From Podarcis pityusensis (taxonomy: Eukaryota): a stretch of DNA of 64,000 nt. The position numbers were made by a program, and so were the translations under genes. The notes under the pieces were generated by a model. The model was given only the letters and a program-made list of their open reading frames with translations, searched no databases and had not been told where the DNA came from. Position 1 is the first letter of the stretch; every line of letters begins with the position of its first letter. Location of the stretch: NCBI GenBank assembly GCA_964106645.2, contig OZ067048.1, one strand, 5' to 3'. This document shows positions 49,301 through 62,643 of the stretch, one piece after another.

Positions 49301-52300
49301 TCATTTCCTCCTGCCAGAATGCAAGCATCATAGTATACACATAACAAATGCAACAGAAATAGGCAGCAGACAACATGACACATAAGTTGCTTAGATGTCC
49401 ATATCCATCCCAACATAGCAGATATAATTGCAACTGAAATATGCAGAATACATTGAAATCATGTAATTATATAGTTAGAAGCAGTGGTGACTGATGCCCA
49501 TTGGAACAGGGAAGATGGAAGGCAGGGAACCCAACAGTGGGTGGAGCCAGGTCCAATTGACAGGCAGAACCAACGAATTCTAGCTTTGTCCCCATCCTCA
49601 TCTTCACTGTGTGAGAATAAGAGGGATGAAGCTCCCCACCCTGAACTGGTTATAATGGCAAGTGTGAGCTGGCTGAAGGCAGACTGAGGTTGACGGGGCA
49701 GCACCCCATTTGCCTTAATAGACCAGCCTTCACTAGTTGGAAGGAGACAGAAGTTCATCCAGTTTATACTCAGTAAGATACACAGAGTGTTGAACCAACA
49801 CCATTGGGTCTCTGAGTTATTTTCCTGAATCAGGTATTTGCAACTGAAGGATTTGTTCTTTACAGGTCACTGGTTACCCTCCTAAAGTTAAAAGGTTCCA
49901 GATGAGACTCAGGCCTTTGTCTGACCCCCACCCATGTAGCCAAGATTTATTTATTTCACTTAAATATTTATAAATTGCACTTTCATACAGTTGTAATTGA
50001 AATTATTCAACTCCCATTGCAAATCAGGTTTATTATCAAAATTTACAGACTTTCAGCTGTTTGCAATGAGCAAATCAAACAAAAGCAATTGAAATAGCTT
50101 GACACAATGGATGCTTCAAGTGGTTTCCCCAAATTCAGCTGAAATTGCAGGTCTCAGGTTTTAAAAATCTTGGGTTTTAAGGGCTTGCTTGATTAACACA
50201 GGTTTTTCTTTTTCTTTTAAAGATGTCTAAAATGATTGGGAATGATTCCTGCCAAACCTCTATCAAGAAGGGGTTTCACACTAAAGGTCTGGCCAGCCAA
50301 ACCTCAGGGGCAGGTGGGACCTGGTGCTTCACAGTCATCCCTCTCCCTTGGCTGCCTTCTAGGTTTGTGCTAACTTCAATTCCCTACCACCCTGAATATA
50401 CTCTAGTTTTGGCTCCATTCAATTCTGGCTTTACGTTTCCTTTGAATTGGCTATGGCAATCAAACTGGTCTTGTTGGCCCTCAACTCAATACTTCCACTG
50501 GTGTTTCTCTAGGTGTTTCACCTTCTGTGTCATGCAAAGACACATTGAGGAGCCTGATATCCTGATCAAAAGGAGGGAAAACAAAACCAACCAAGTAGTC
50601 CTGCCACAGATCTGCCTTTGCAAACCAGACCACAGCATGCTAGACTACAAGCAGAAAGCAGCTCCCTGCAGAACGAACAGCCCCAGATGGTTCAAGCAAC
50701 AGAGTTGACCTACACACCAAAAAACAAACAAACAAACACCCCAAGGACACAGTTAACTTTAAATTCTGGAGCTGACATAACTCCACTTGAAATGTAATAC
50801 GGTTTAATAACCCCGAACCAATGGCACTTTTAAATATGTGAAAGGATATTTCACACGAAAAACATGTGAAAAGAGGAAAGTTTGTAGATGTGCAAGTGTG
50901 CTAATGCATGCAATGTTATATGTAGAAACAGACACACAACAAAATAGGCTCACTCCACGTAACCGTCATATCTATGTTGATCAGCCCAGATTATTATGTA
51001 ACCTAGCACATGGCTGCATATTTCCCCTGCATGTAGCCAGGGTTATTAGTATATTAATATTATTGTTCTTTGCAACTAGATTCCTGTTAGGTAGGGTCAT
51101 ATTAATATGGCAATTTTACAGAATCACAGGGCTACTTAGCACTTTATGGTCATGATAGTTAAATTAGAGAAAAGGCATTTGATTAGCTCTCCTTGTGACA
51201 TCAATATGACTTAAAAGAACTTAACTTTGGCTAAATCATGCCCTACACCTAAACATATGGAATATGAATGCTATCAACATTTATTTGCAATCATTTTTCA
51301 TAAAGAAATGCTTCTTAGGGAACCTTGGGTAACAGAAACTCTGTACGGACTCTTCACTTGGGTGTCAAACCCGAGTAAACCTCTGAAATGAATAAAATGC
51401 AGAATGGCCCTTTTTGTCACTTGGCAGTCAACACAGAAAAATGTTTCCCATACAAAGATAGGCAGTCCTGTTTTATTAACTGTTGTACCACCATCATGGT
51501 CCTGCACATATATAATAAGAATAGTGCTGACTTTAATATTTACCAAGAAGCTACAGAAAAATGCCTAAGTTAAAAAGCCATACAACAATTCTGAATAAAT
51601 TGCATAATATAAAGAATGAAAGCTACAGAAAATCACAAGTCATGTGGGTATTCTCAATAGTTGAAAAATAATAAAAAGTGTAGGCATCTGAACTAGTGAA
51701 ATGCTGGATAATTCTGGAGCACTCCGACATCATTCAGAGCACACCTGTTTTTTGAAAGTACACAGAAGTTAACATAACTTACCAAAACAAATATTTGCAT
51801 ATACTGTATATTTATTTCGACCTAAAATAATATGAAAGCGTGGCCTGACACTATTTTTTTATTCAATAAAGGGAACAGAACTGGGTCCTGAGTCAATGTT
51901 TCTACTCTAGGGACACAAAGGGATTCGTGAGGAATCTGGAGCTGATTTAATTCCCTGCCCTCCCATTTGTCTCTGCAAAATCTAAACCACAATATGTGTC
52001 TGCGTGTCAGTTGATTTACAGTGCTTACACATAATTATAATATAAAATTATTGAATGTGCATGGATTGAAGAGGATGTGTAAAACCACTCAGACTATTGC
52101 AGGTCATCTGAAAGTACTTTAGGTCAAGCTGAAGATTCCCTACAGTCAATAAGCCTAATATCAGAGTCTTATGTGGTCATTTTCACAACAGGGCATCTGC
52201 TTCTCTCACACAGAACAGTGGAGGAAGAACTTTTTAAAATGCCGTAATTGAAACAAAACATCCATCTCTTACAGAATGGCAGTTTCAAGATAAACATATG

Positions 52301-54285
52301 CACCTGTGGACAGAGCACAGGCAGGCTCAAGCTGCTTAAGCAAGGTATTGCGGTTACCAGGCTCACAACCTATGTAGGATGTGCTTTCCTGTGCACAATG
52401 TTATCCCCAGGCTATGCATGTAAAGCCTGCTTCTACACACAGGTAGAAATTCTAGAAGGCATTTATAAACAATTGATGTTAATTGCATAGCATATCTGCA
52501 ACAGTATTTGGAAAACCCATGGCAGCATGAATAAAACCAAGCCGCTATTAAACATTTGACCTTGGGCTATCTCATCTACCATAGTCATCAAGGTAACTGA
52601 ACCATTAGATGTCATAATTAATATGATGAGCTTGCCACTAAAGGTTGAATATATTGCTCTACATAAGGCAGCAAGTTGAAAGAAAGCAGCACTGGTACTT
52701 TGCAGTGGAAAGACAGGCATCTTTATCTTATAAGAAATGCTTTCAAAAGTTTCATTGCTTTAGTCTGGGAAAGGGAAATGTTAATATTGTAATTTTAGGC
52801 AGACATCTCATAGGAAGTGGGGATTTCACTTGTGATGCATTCAATTCATTACATAATAGCCTTGTATGATCAACGGATTTTTAAAACAATTGAGATCTAT
52901 GTAGTATAAACAGGCACTACAGTAAATCCAACGTAATTTGCAATATGCAATTTTAATTGTTAGCTTAATGTGCTCTTTATGCTAGTACAGTTAATACCAA
53001 GACTACTGCAAATCTACACTTGTATATATCTTTAATGAGTTTGTGTGCTGTTTCTCACCTTTTTCACAAAGAATTATGCAGTATATTGAATGTTTATTTG
53101 AACTATGTCTCCATCTAAAGGATTTTAAAGTCCATTGTAATTTTCTTGCACACATATCCCCAAAATGCACATTTACAATTACCCATAAATTCAAGGGAGA
53201 TTTCAAAGTATGCATGATTGGGAAAAATGAATTAATATGGTTTATCAAGTGAGATTTTAGTATCATGGCACTGGGATCCTCAGTTAGGAACTTGGACCTT
53301 AGCAGTTAAGCATGTTTCACATAAACAGTTATGAAAACATTGTTTCACTTCTTCCTATTAATACCATTATATACAAGAGAATCCTAGCGAGGTCTACTCA
53401 AAAGTATGTCCTATTGCATTCAATCGGCTAGATAAAAGGGATAGGACTACAGGCCTTAGTTGGGCAGCTCAAACCTATGGCACAACTTCAGAGTCTGAGG
53501 GCACAAATGGACTGCCCAGCAGTCATAATATGGATGGAGACATGCTTTACACGGTCAGCCTCAACCATGTGTTTACACCTTCTATTGCTTGTGGGAGCAA
53601 TATAGCATTTTCGCCCTGAAAAAAGACTGCCCCCAAACATGGGGACTGCCCTGTTTGAAAACTAGCCTTCAATCATGAGAAAAACACTGCATAAACACAG
53701 GAGGTGAGAGTTGAATTGCTCTAAGGGAACTTTATATGGGGGACAGGGAAGTGCAGTGCGTGAATGAGGAACTCTCTGTGGACTGCAGCACCAAAAAAGT
53801 GTAGGAACTGGGACTTTGCATTGCAAAGATAAATGGGGAAGGCCCATCGCCATCCTTTCTGCATAGAACTGCATCCTAATCAAATATTTGATTTATTAAT
53901 TTGATAACTACCTTGAGATACCGGAAAAGCTGCAGCTAATTATGAAACCCCTCCCCACAAATGAATAATTTAAAAATAGTGTTCAACTGAGAAGCTATGA
54001 CCCACACCCGGGCTATATCAGTGGCACCACTGTTTTGTGTTGTAGTTTCTAATTAATTACATTACTAACAGAATGATAAAGAAAGAGTGGCAGAAACTTA
54101 GGGAGAAGACCAAAATATATAACAGTTGTTTTACTGTCGAGTTTCAGAACTGGGGGTGGTGGTGACAGCTTTTGTAATCAGAGTCAAATATCCCTTTCAA
54201 TTTCAGCTCAGCTCATAAATACATTTGACCTATTCTAAGTTGAGTTCCATTCTGTTTCCTTTTCTCCAAGACTGACCTTCTAGAA

Positions 54286-54420
54286 CAGGCATAGGCAAAC
54301 TCCGGCCCTCCAGATGTTTGGGACTAAATTCCCATCATCCCTGACCACTGGTCCTGTTAGCTAGGGATGATGGGGATTATAGTCCCAAAGATCTGGAGGG
54401 CCGGAGTTTGCCTATGCCTG
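54286..54420. mobile_element. Young hAT/Charlie-type palindromic MITE
   Basis: Perfect 30-bp TIRs (54286-54315 and 54391-54420); identical 8-bp TSD ttctagaa (54278-54285 and 54421-54428), matching the Charlie-type NTCTAGAN target preference. Confidence 0.93.
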
Positions 54421-55129
54421 TTCTAGAATGGGTGAAAGGGAAAGAGGCCACAAAGGGGAGGCCCTTCGCAGGCCAAAGAGCTTTATCATTAGGAGAAATA
54501 AATAGAGTAGAAATAAAGAGAAATAAATATTTCTAAATAGAAATATCCCTATCTAGAACACGCTACTGAGGTCCTTCCTCGTAACTCAGTATCACCTATG
54601 TAATACACAACAAAGAATGTTTCTTTGAGAAGGTGAGTTCCAAAGAAGATGTTCTACAACTGAAGAAGCCCCGTTCCTTGTCCCACAAGGCAAACCCCTC
54701 TCCATCATTTATTTATTTATTTATTTTATTTTTATAAATTGCTGTAAAAAGGCAACCTTTTTGTCTCTAGGCTGAGACAAAAAAAGATTAATGGTATTTG
54801 CTCTTGGACACGTAGTAACACTCAGAAATAAAACAACATTTTAAGCCATTAGAAAATTAGTTAAAAATACTACAAAGTAGAACAAAGCATACATATAGGT
54901 GGAAAATGTTTCCCTGCCACTTAAAAGTGACGAGATAAGATTGGTCCATCTGTCATAATCAGACAGCAACTTGGTGAATAATGTCATTGATCTGAAGCAT
55001 TATTACAGACTCTCATGCTGGAATTGATTGGGAAACTGAGATTGTTATGTAGGAGAGGCATTCTATGGGCAAAGGCCTTCTGAGATGCTGCATTTTAATT
55101 TTCTTTAATGCATATCAGCATGTTAAAGA

Positions 55130-55280
55130 GGAATAAGAACAGAAAAGGAAGCTTGGTGAATCAAACCAATGATTCACATAGCCCACCTTTCTGTTTCCTA
55201 TTCTTGACTCCAGGAAGCACATGAAGGCCACTGTAGCTAATAGCCACTGAAATATAAAGACAACCTCCATGAATTTGGGT
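55130..55280 (-). mobile_element. Degraded CR1 3' tail
   Basis: ataagaac terminal repeat remnant; ctaatagccactga...cctccatgaattt. Confidence 0.5.
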
Positions 55281-55336
55281 ACGTTGGGCCAAGGAAATGC
55301 TGGACTCAGCCCTCTATGTACATGTGCTCCAAGGTA

Positions 55337-55625
55337 CAGGTAACTTGCAACTTATTGTGAATGTCAGAATAACCCCTTAGAACCACCCCTGTAGGGGTAA
55401 TCTTACCTTCCGGAGCTAGTGCACTGAATGGGTCTCATTCCCCAAGAAAGGCCTCCTAAACCCCAGTAAGCAAGGTGGAAAGCTTAAAAACTCTTTCCGC
55501 ACTGGGAATATTTTTAAATTCTCCGCTTTCCTTATGTTCAGTTTGTGTGATTTCAACTGGCCATCCATCAGGTGCATAAAGTTGAAATTGTGTAAGTTAA
55601 ATGCACCCAAGCTGCAAGTTACCTG
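55337..55625. mobile_element. Tc1/mariner-Tigger type MITE
   Basis: TA TSD (55335-55336 and 55626-55627); TIRs caggtaacttgcaactt and aagctgcaagttacctg (16/17). Confidence 0.82.
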
Positions 55626-56439
55626 TACTCATAAATGCTTCTAATTGCAGCAACCATTTTACACGCACCCAACTGACACGTGTCCGCCTACACAGGAGTC
55701 TTTCTGGACTCAGAAGAAGGCAGAATGGTGGCAGAACAGGGTGGGCTTATGTGTAATCTGCCAACGCGTGCAAGGATCAGGAACTGAACCCCTGTGCAAA
55801 ATGGTAGCTGCCTGTACATAATTATTATCTAACATCTATTAACTGGACTTCAGCTAGTCACTTATTGCTGTGTTTTATAAAATTAGACCAATACTCTTTA
55901 ATAAATATGCATTTGTTATTTGATCTGCATACAGCACTGTTTTTCTGTCAACCAGAGCCATATATTCTCATGTGCTTTTAGTTTCCCCTTGCACTTCCAA
56001 GTCTAGATTGTGTTGCCCAGCCACTGTCAGCACTGTTGGGTTCCCAGACTCTGCCCTGAACCCCACCCATTGTCCCCATTTTCACCAGAGAAGTGCTGGA
56101 AGGAGGTACATGCCAAGATTTTATGTTCCGGCATCCACAACTTTGCACCAGGTCTCTGGTGTTTTCCACTGTTTCCTTGGGATTTTAAGAAGGCTGGCAG
56201 CAATTCATGAAAGGTCCTCATATTTATGGGGTCTCTTGTTTGGATGTTCAACTTCTTATTATGGTGAGGAGTGTGGTAGAACTGCAAAGCCTAAGAGGCA
56301 ATCACTTAATGTCTCTCTAGGGGTGAACCAGCACCCAAATAGGCTTATTGCTTAAATTCTACTTCAAAGTTCTGCCTCCGTGAAGAGAAGGGCCTTCTGT
56401 CCTCTGCCCCCGCAGCAAAAAAGCTTAAGAGATACTTAC

Positions 56440-56559
56440 CGTATCACGTTGTCTATTATCTTTCCCTGAAATGATCAGGAAGTAGTTCCACACCAACAGT
56501 AGCAACAGTGTCAGAGGAATCATGTACAGCTCAAAATTCCAGGTCACAAAGAGGAACAG
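56440..56559 (-). CDS. MCTP1: MCTP1 transmembrane exon, LFLFVTWNFELYMIPLTLLLLLVWNYFLIISGKDNRQRDT
   Basis: ggttccag| ... |gtaagt; 120 nt; WNFELYMIPL motif; I found no further upstream exon in the window. Confidence 0.96.
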
Positions 56560-56887
56560 CTGGAACCAAAGAGAACGACAAGGTATTTAGATTTCCTTGA
56601 ATGACAATATGCAAAATAGAGTATTATACACTAAAATTTCCCATTTCTGGCACAGAAAAAACTATTAAACATGTCCTTAAATCTGTTGCTTTCAGCAGTT
56701 CTTACACAGGGCAACCCATTTTATCTCAGGCAAAGAGAAAAAATTGATACTTTTCAAAGCCTAGAGTTTAGACACCGTTTCTCTCATAGCAGCAGAGCCA
56801 TCTGTGACTTTTGTAATTTTGGCAAAGAAGTGTCCCAAAGCTTTAAGGAGTCATGCAAGACAATGTTTTCAATGTTATTAACATTAG

Positions 56888-56909
56888 TAGCAGCAGCAGC
56901 AGCAGCAGC
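56888..56909 (+). repeat. (AGC)n short trinucleotide repeat, intronic
   Basis: Direct reading. Confidence 0.9.
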
Positions 56910-59900
56910 CTGCCACCATGATCCTTCCAAGGATTTATGTGAGGGTAGTCAAGTACTGAGAAACTTACAGGCTTCTTGGGAAGTGTACTTTAAACAGTAC
57001 AGGTTCAGAAGTCAACAGGAACAACCGAGATCAACATTTGGATTACTACTGGGATAGGCAAGTAGCTTTGGAGCCCTAACAACTGAGCTTGGATAACAAA
57101 GCAGGCGCTAGCAAATAAAACTTGAGTCTTCTGTAGCCACATTAACACTAAAGAGATTATAAATGTTACAGTTCATTTGTTCACATGAGCTGATATAAGG
57201 AAACTTTTCAGAACTGAAACAAGGCACAAGTATTTGAAAGCAAATATAGTCCCCTCCCCAGTTCACTGTAATTAAGAACAGATTAGTCGATTAACAAAAA
57301 TATTGTAATAGCTACCAATCGCACAGTAGACTTAAAGAAGCAGACTTAAAAGAAATGTTTACTTGTGTTAAAAACATATTTTCATGAAAAAACCCACGAG
57401 GCAGATTCATTTTATTTTATTTTAAAATATTGCTGCTTAATATATAAATTTCTGTAAGTGGTGTACAGCAAATGAGAAAATGTAAGTATTACAAACATAT
57501 ACAGACGCAATCTTAGAAGATATTCTTCTCCCTCTTTTTCAGAGAAGGCCTCTTAACATGGTCCCTGCCATGCATCTTATTTAAGGGTGACTTTTATTTA
57601 TATGCAAGTTTCTGCAGATATGATCAATGAATTCAGCTATTAAAACTTATGGATAATTAATTAATAAATATGTGGGAAGCGACCGAACACCTCTGCAATG
57701 GTATAAAGCAGATTATAACCCTAAGATTATACTACTGCCTGTTTACGAGACAAAATTGGAGGACATCTCTTGATAGGAATGATGCCTCCTTGGACAATGC
57801 TTTCAGTACGAAGGTTCTCCAAAACACTGAGAGGAACAAGGAATGGGGGTGGGGGGCAGAGGAAGCCTGCCTTGGCTTAGGAAACTGCTCTGATATGTCC
57901 CTTGTCAAGGAATATCCTCCGGGCTCATCTCACAAAAATGAAAACATGTTCTTTCTATGAATTTCTGTTTGGAGAGCTAGTATGTTCCACCCTCCACTCC
58001 TGCCTCTACCGACAATCTTGAGGAGTGTGGGTTATGCCTTCTGTTGCTGCCTCACATACTGTTAGGGCTTCCTTTCCCTTCCTTAGGTTTTTGCTCCTTA
58101 ATTGAGATTTCTATCTTTTCTTGTTAGGGCAAATTCTTTTCTTACTTCTGTCTCCTTTGTTAGTTCCCCGTTTTCTTTCCTGTTATCTGTAGCGTTGTAA
58201 CAGTTAGGTTTCAGTCATCAATGTGGTTCCAGTTGAATAATCGTTTAGGGGTCGGGGAGTTGTCCACTCTGCCAGTTGGTCTGCTGAAAGAGGATTCCTC
58301 CTCCTCCTGGAGAGGAGGCAAAAGGCCTGCCTGATCTTTCCAGTAGAATGAATCATCTCTATCAAGGAATGTCCTCCATCTTTATTTCCAAACAGAAATT
58401 CACAGTCAATGTTGCTGTTGTTGTTGTTAACCCACTCTTCACTGAATTGTTCAATTCCACATTGGGTAACAATAAATAATAAATACAAACAGGAAAAAAA
58501 TACAAAACATATAGAACCCATAAAAACAAGACCAATAAATTAAAAAAATTAACAGCTACATTTTAAAAAAGAAAACTTCAGTAAGATCAAGAATTAGAAA
58601 TTTCAATTTAACCCAGTACCCAGATAAATAAAACATGAGACCCAACTGACTAAAACAACTTAAATGGCCTTTGCAACAGTTCCTACCCCATCCTTCTCTC
58701 ACCTACAGCAGCCCACTCTTCAGCAAAACCCCTAATGCACAGATGACTTGCCTCCTCATGAGCAGTCATGCTTCACCCTTTTCAGTTATTACGATAAAGT
58801 AGACTATAACCTATGAAGCAAATAGTTGTTTAAAAAAGAAGGGAATGTAACTGCTATATCCTTTATAACACTATGGAAATGTAGGCATAATGTGGTAGTC
58901 TGGGTTCATATTCATTTTATTATATTTCTGGGAACCAATGATCACATAATTCTATTACATTTAGAACATCCAAAATGATCCGCACCAAGCCCAAGTCCAA
59001 AATAAAACCATACATGCTAAAATGGAAAAAATGGAAAAAATGTATAAAATGTGGGAGTCTAGACTCACAAAAAACACCCTTTAATTCTTAAAATTGTAGA
59101 CTGATTCTTGTCCAGCCATTTTAAACACACCTGTGCAAATAGAAAGCTACCTTGTTTTTAAAGATAAATACACAGGACTGCATTGTTGCTGGGCAACCTA
59201 AGATTTCAACTTTAAATGAAGGATCACAACCAATGGAGAAAGAGCTAATAATAAAAGATGCATCATTTTCATATATTTAATTACAACATCTTTGAGGGGA
59301 AAAAATGAAATGAAACTGATGCTGAAACCATCTACACAAAGCACTTGATTCAATCTTCTGTGAGATTAGTATCAGCTGTTTTTTTTAGAATTTGTGCTCC
59401 TTTCTTGCAGCTACATCAGTAAACCTGGTGATGATCATGCAGTCAAACCAGATATGATTATACAGTGACATCACTGGGGACAAACAATGCCTGGAGTACA
59501 GGGGGAGGGAATAACAGCTCATCTGGGACTCCGGGTGGGAAACATTTTGATGCATGGCGCAGCCGTGGTGGGTCTAGGTAGGCCTTCATCATCTGGTGTA
59601 GCAAGGGGAGGAGATGGTTACCAGCTACCATTCACCCCTGGCCACAACGATCCTCTCAGGTATGGGCGGGCAGCGCCCACAGAACCAATCAGTGGCAGGG
59701 GCTTGGGAGCTGTGCACAGCCTGTGCTTGGCCTATTTAAGGTGGCAGCCAAGTGCAGGTCACCCACTTGGTTGTTTGTGGGGGGAGAGGGAACAATGCCT
59801 GAATGCAGTACAGGAGGAAGGAATTCCTCTTGCAGAGGCACCTGAGCTGACATTCCATCCAGCCACTATCCCATGGTAGTTTCATTGTTGGTCCTTGCTT

Positions 59901-60429
59901 TCATCACTGCAGTGGACTGTGACATGCCGATCAGCATCAGCCTGGTTGCTTCAGCAGTGATGATGAATTCCCTCACTCTGATCCTGGGCAATATTTTTGC
60001 CCAGTTCAGACAACACACTAAACAAAACATTGGCTTTGCTCAGTGCAGGAATAAAAAAGGCTGGGGAGGAGTAAAGTGGCTGCAAGCTCCTCTCTGGGAG
60101 CCTGCACGTGTCATGCAAACTAGGCCTTAACATAACTCTGTCAGCTCAACCCACCCACCTTGATACCTGGGAGACTATAGTGGCAATGTTTGCACCTCTG
60201 AAAATGTCTCTACTGTGAGATTTTTCTAAAGTACTAAAAAAAGTGTAGAATAAGTGACATAGTCTTGTGGCACCTTAAAGACTTAATGGAACGAACAGTG
60301 GAATAGCTTTAGCATAATTCTCATTTGATTAAGAAGGTTCTTGCCTGTGTTCAAAGCAAAAAGATCTTAGAGGAATATGTTTTTTGCTGTAAGTGGCTAT
60401 CAAAGATCGTGCTACAGTTAAGTGTGGTA

Positions 60430-60995
60430 GTAGTACATCACCTTCATAGACCTGATGGAGGCCTTTGACCTTGTCAGCCAAAAAGGACTCTTCATACTGC
60501 TCAGTAAGACAGGATGCCCACCTAAGCTCCACAATATAATTGTGTCCTTCCACGAGAACATCCACGGCACCTTCCAATATGATAGTTCATACTCCGATGC
60601 CTTCTCTATAAAGAGTGCTGTGAAACAGAGCTTTGTTTCTGCTCCAACTCTCTTTGGCATATACTTTGCTGCTCTGTTATGCCTTCAGCTCAACTGAAGA
60701 TGGTGTGTACTTCCATTCAAGGAACAACGGGGGTCTGTTCAACCTGGCACAGTATTTACAGCGCACTTCCAGGAAGCTCTACAGCCCAAGCTGTAGATTA
60801 TTTTGTTTCCCTAGATTCCACCATAACCAGCAACTTCTCCATCAACGCTGAGCTGCACAAGCATATTGTCCAGGCAGTCACAGCAGTGGCTCATCTCTCC
60901 AAGAGGGTTGGGGAGAATGTGATGCTAACCACCAATACCAAGGTAAAGGTCTACCGTGCTTGTGTGTTGAGTTCACACTGCTATATGGAAGTCAG
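60430..60995 (+). mobile_element. RTE-clade LINE reverse-transcriptase fragment, degenerate and internally deleted
   Basis: YITFIDLMEAFDLVS..GLF.LL.KTGCPPKL..IIVSFHE...IKSAVKQSFVSAPTLFGIYF, then STITSNFSINAEL...LTTNTKVKVYRACVLS; typical RTE RT motifs; no YADD segment seen. Confidence 0.88.
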
Positions 60996-61635
60996 GTAAG
61001 GAATCAGTGATACAGAAAGCCGTACCACTAATTAGGGCTGCAGATAGAGACTTTTCCTTCCTCTTTTTTTGTGTACAATGCAATCCTCAATTGAGGGGGA
61101 GCGAAGTGTCTCAGAGATCATCATCATTATGTGAATATTTACAGATTTCTCTGTTAAATATGCTGTTTTCACTTCTGTCTGACTTTTGCCAATATGAAAG
61201 TTACTACAGTGGCATGAATTTTTCATCGGTAATTCATGGACTGTTAATGTGATGCTTGTATCTACAGACTCTGGTGCTTGCATTGTGGAATTGTCAGTAT
61301 TTTCAAAGCAAAGTCACAGCACTTTCATCTTTAACTTCTATAAAATGATGTGAAATGTCTTTACACGATTGTAAGTGGGAAAAGGGAAGGGGTGGGAACC
61401 CAAATTTATATTAAAACAAGAAATTCTGCAAAACTTCTAGGGCCTTAGCTAAAAGCAGGCTTCACTGATGTTGACAAATCTGCCAAGGTAAATTTGTTTT
61501 GATTGGGTGGCTCCATCAACTTCGCAGTTCTTCATGTGGAATATCTCCAGTTAATGTTTCATACTAAAATTGGATAAGCCGAAGAACATCAAATGAATCC
61601 TGCCTAATACTGGAAGGAAATTTTATGTGTTTAGT

Positions 61636-62162
61636 TGTAACATAATGGCCGCTTACCCTGCTCCAGTGGACAGTGATTGCAAACCCTCGCGGGCTGCCCT
61701 CCATTCCCAGGGCTGAAAGGAGTCACGTCCCAGCAACTAGCTATTGCAAATTCCCTGTCCGATCACATTGCAGAGTGGGATAGCCCTCCCAGTCTAAAGT
61801 TTAAACTGGCCAATCATAAGCAGCCGATTGGACAGAGTCTGGCCAGTATACCTGAGCATGGAAGTTCTTGATCTGGCCCACCAGCTAAGGATAAAAGCCA
61901 ACTGCGCCTAGCGCTTGAAGCTCACGTTGGATCTAACTTTCTTCTTGACTAAGCCAAGATCACATGCCTTAATTGACAACATCAGGTATAAGACAAGCAT
62001 GAACTTTTCATGTAATGTTTAGTGTTTAATATTGTAAACCAGAAGTATTCTGCTTTGGGTTTTGGTTTTTTTAAAGGTTTCATTCTGTTCCACTTGCTAT
62101 CAATATTTAAATTAAAGTTGCAATTTTAATAAACTGCATTTATTTTATTCTTAAACTTTTCA
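61636..62162 (+). mobile_element. Candidate solo LTR
   Basis: TG...CA ends with 4-bp direct repeat tagt (61632-61635 and 62163-62166); CCAAT 61810, ATTGG 61827, TATA-like gataaaag 61890, AATAAA 62128. Confidence 0.42.
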
Positions 62163-62643
62163 TAGTTTTAGATGGCTGCCAGCTTCTACATAAGGAAGTG
62201 CAATATAATACTTGATACATACATGTAATCTTTCATTATTGTGAAGGCTGAAGGGGAAAGTGGCTACCATGTTTAAAGAAAAAGTGCATTGGAACACGAC
62301 TTGAAATGGGGTGAGATTAAATGCTTTCCAAGTTTCAAATCTTCCTCCTATATCTTCTCGTGCCACCTGTAGCTACCTGTTTTGAAAAAGATAGATAAAT
62401 CTTTGTTTACAACAAACTGAGAATTTCTATAGGTCCTAGCTTTGGAGAGAGGAAAATTACTGGTTCAATGACAAAGGTTACCAAGTTATCAAAATTCCAG
62501 AGTTTTTGTGTGTTGGAATCCATTTGTCTCTGGAGACAATAGAGGAGTCCATATTTGGGGGTGAAGTCAAACTGTTGGAGAGTTACAGCACCTGCTGTGG
62601 CTGTAGAGACCAATACGGGAGAGACATGCTTTGTTGCACTGGG

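Noticed and set aside
50223-50708. Longest free ORF (161 aa)
   Set aside because: No recognisable domain or splice context; intronic and antisense to MCTP1; consistent with chance
59487-60130. Adjacent 130-aa and 85-aa ORFs as a nested gene
   Set aside because: No recognisable homology; local high GC explains the lack of stops
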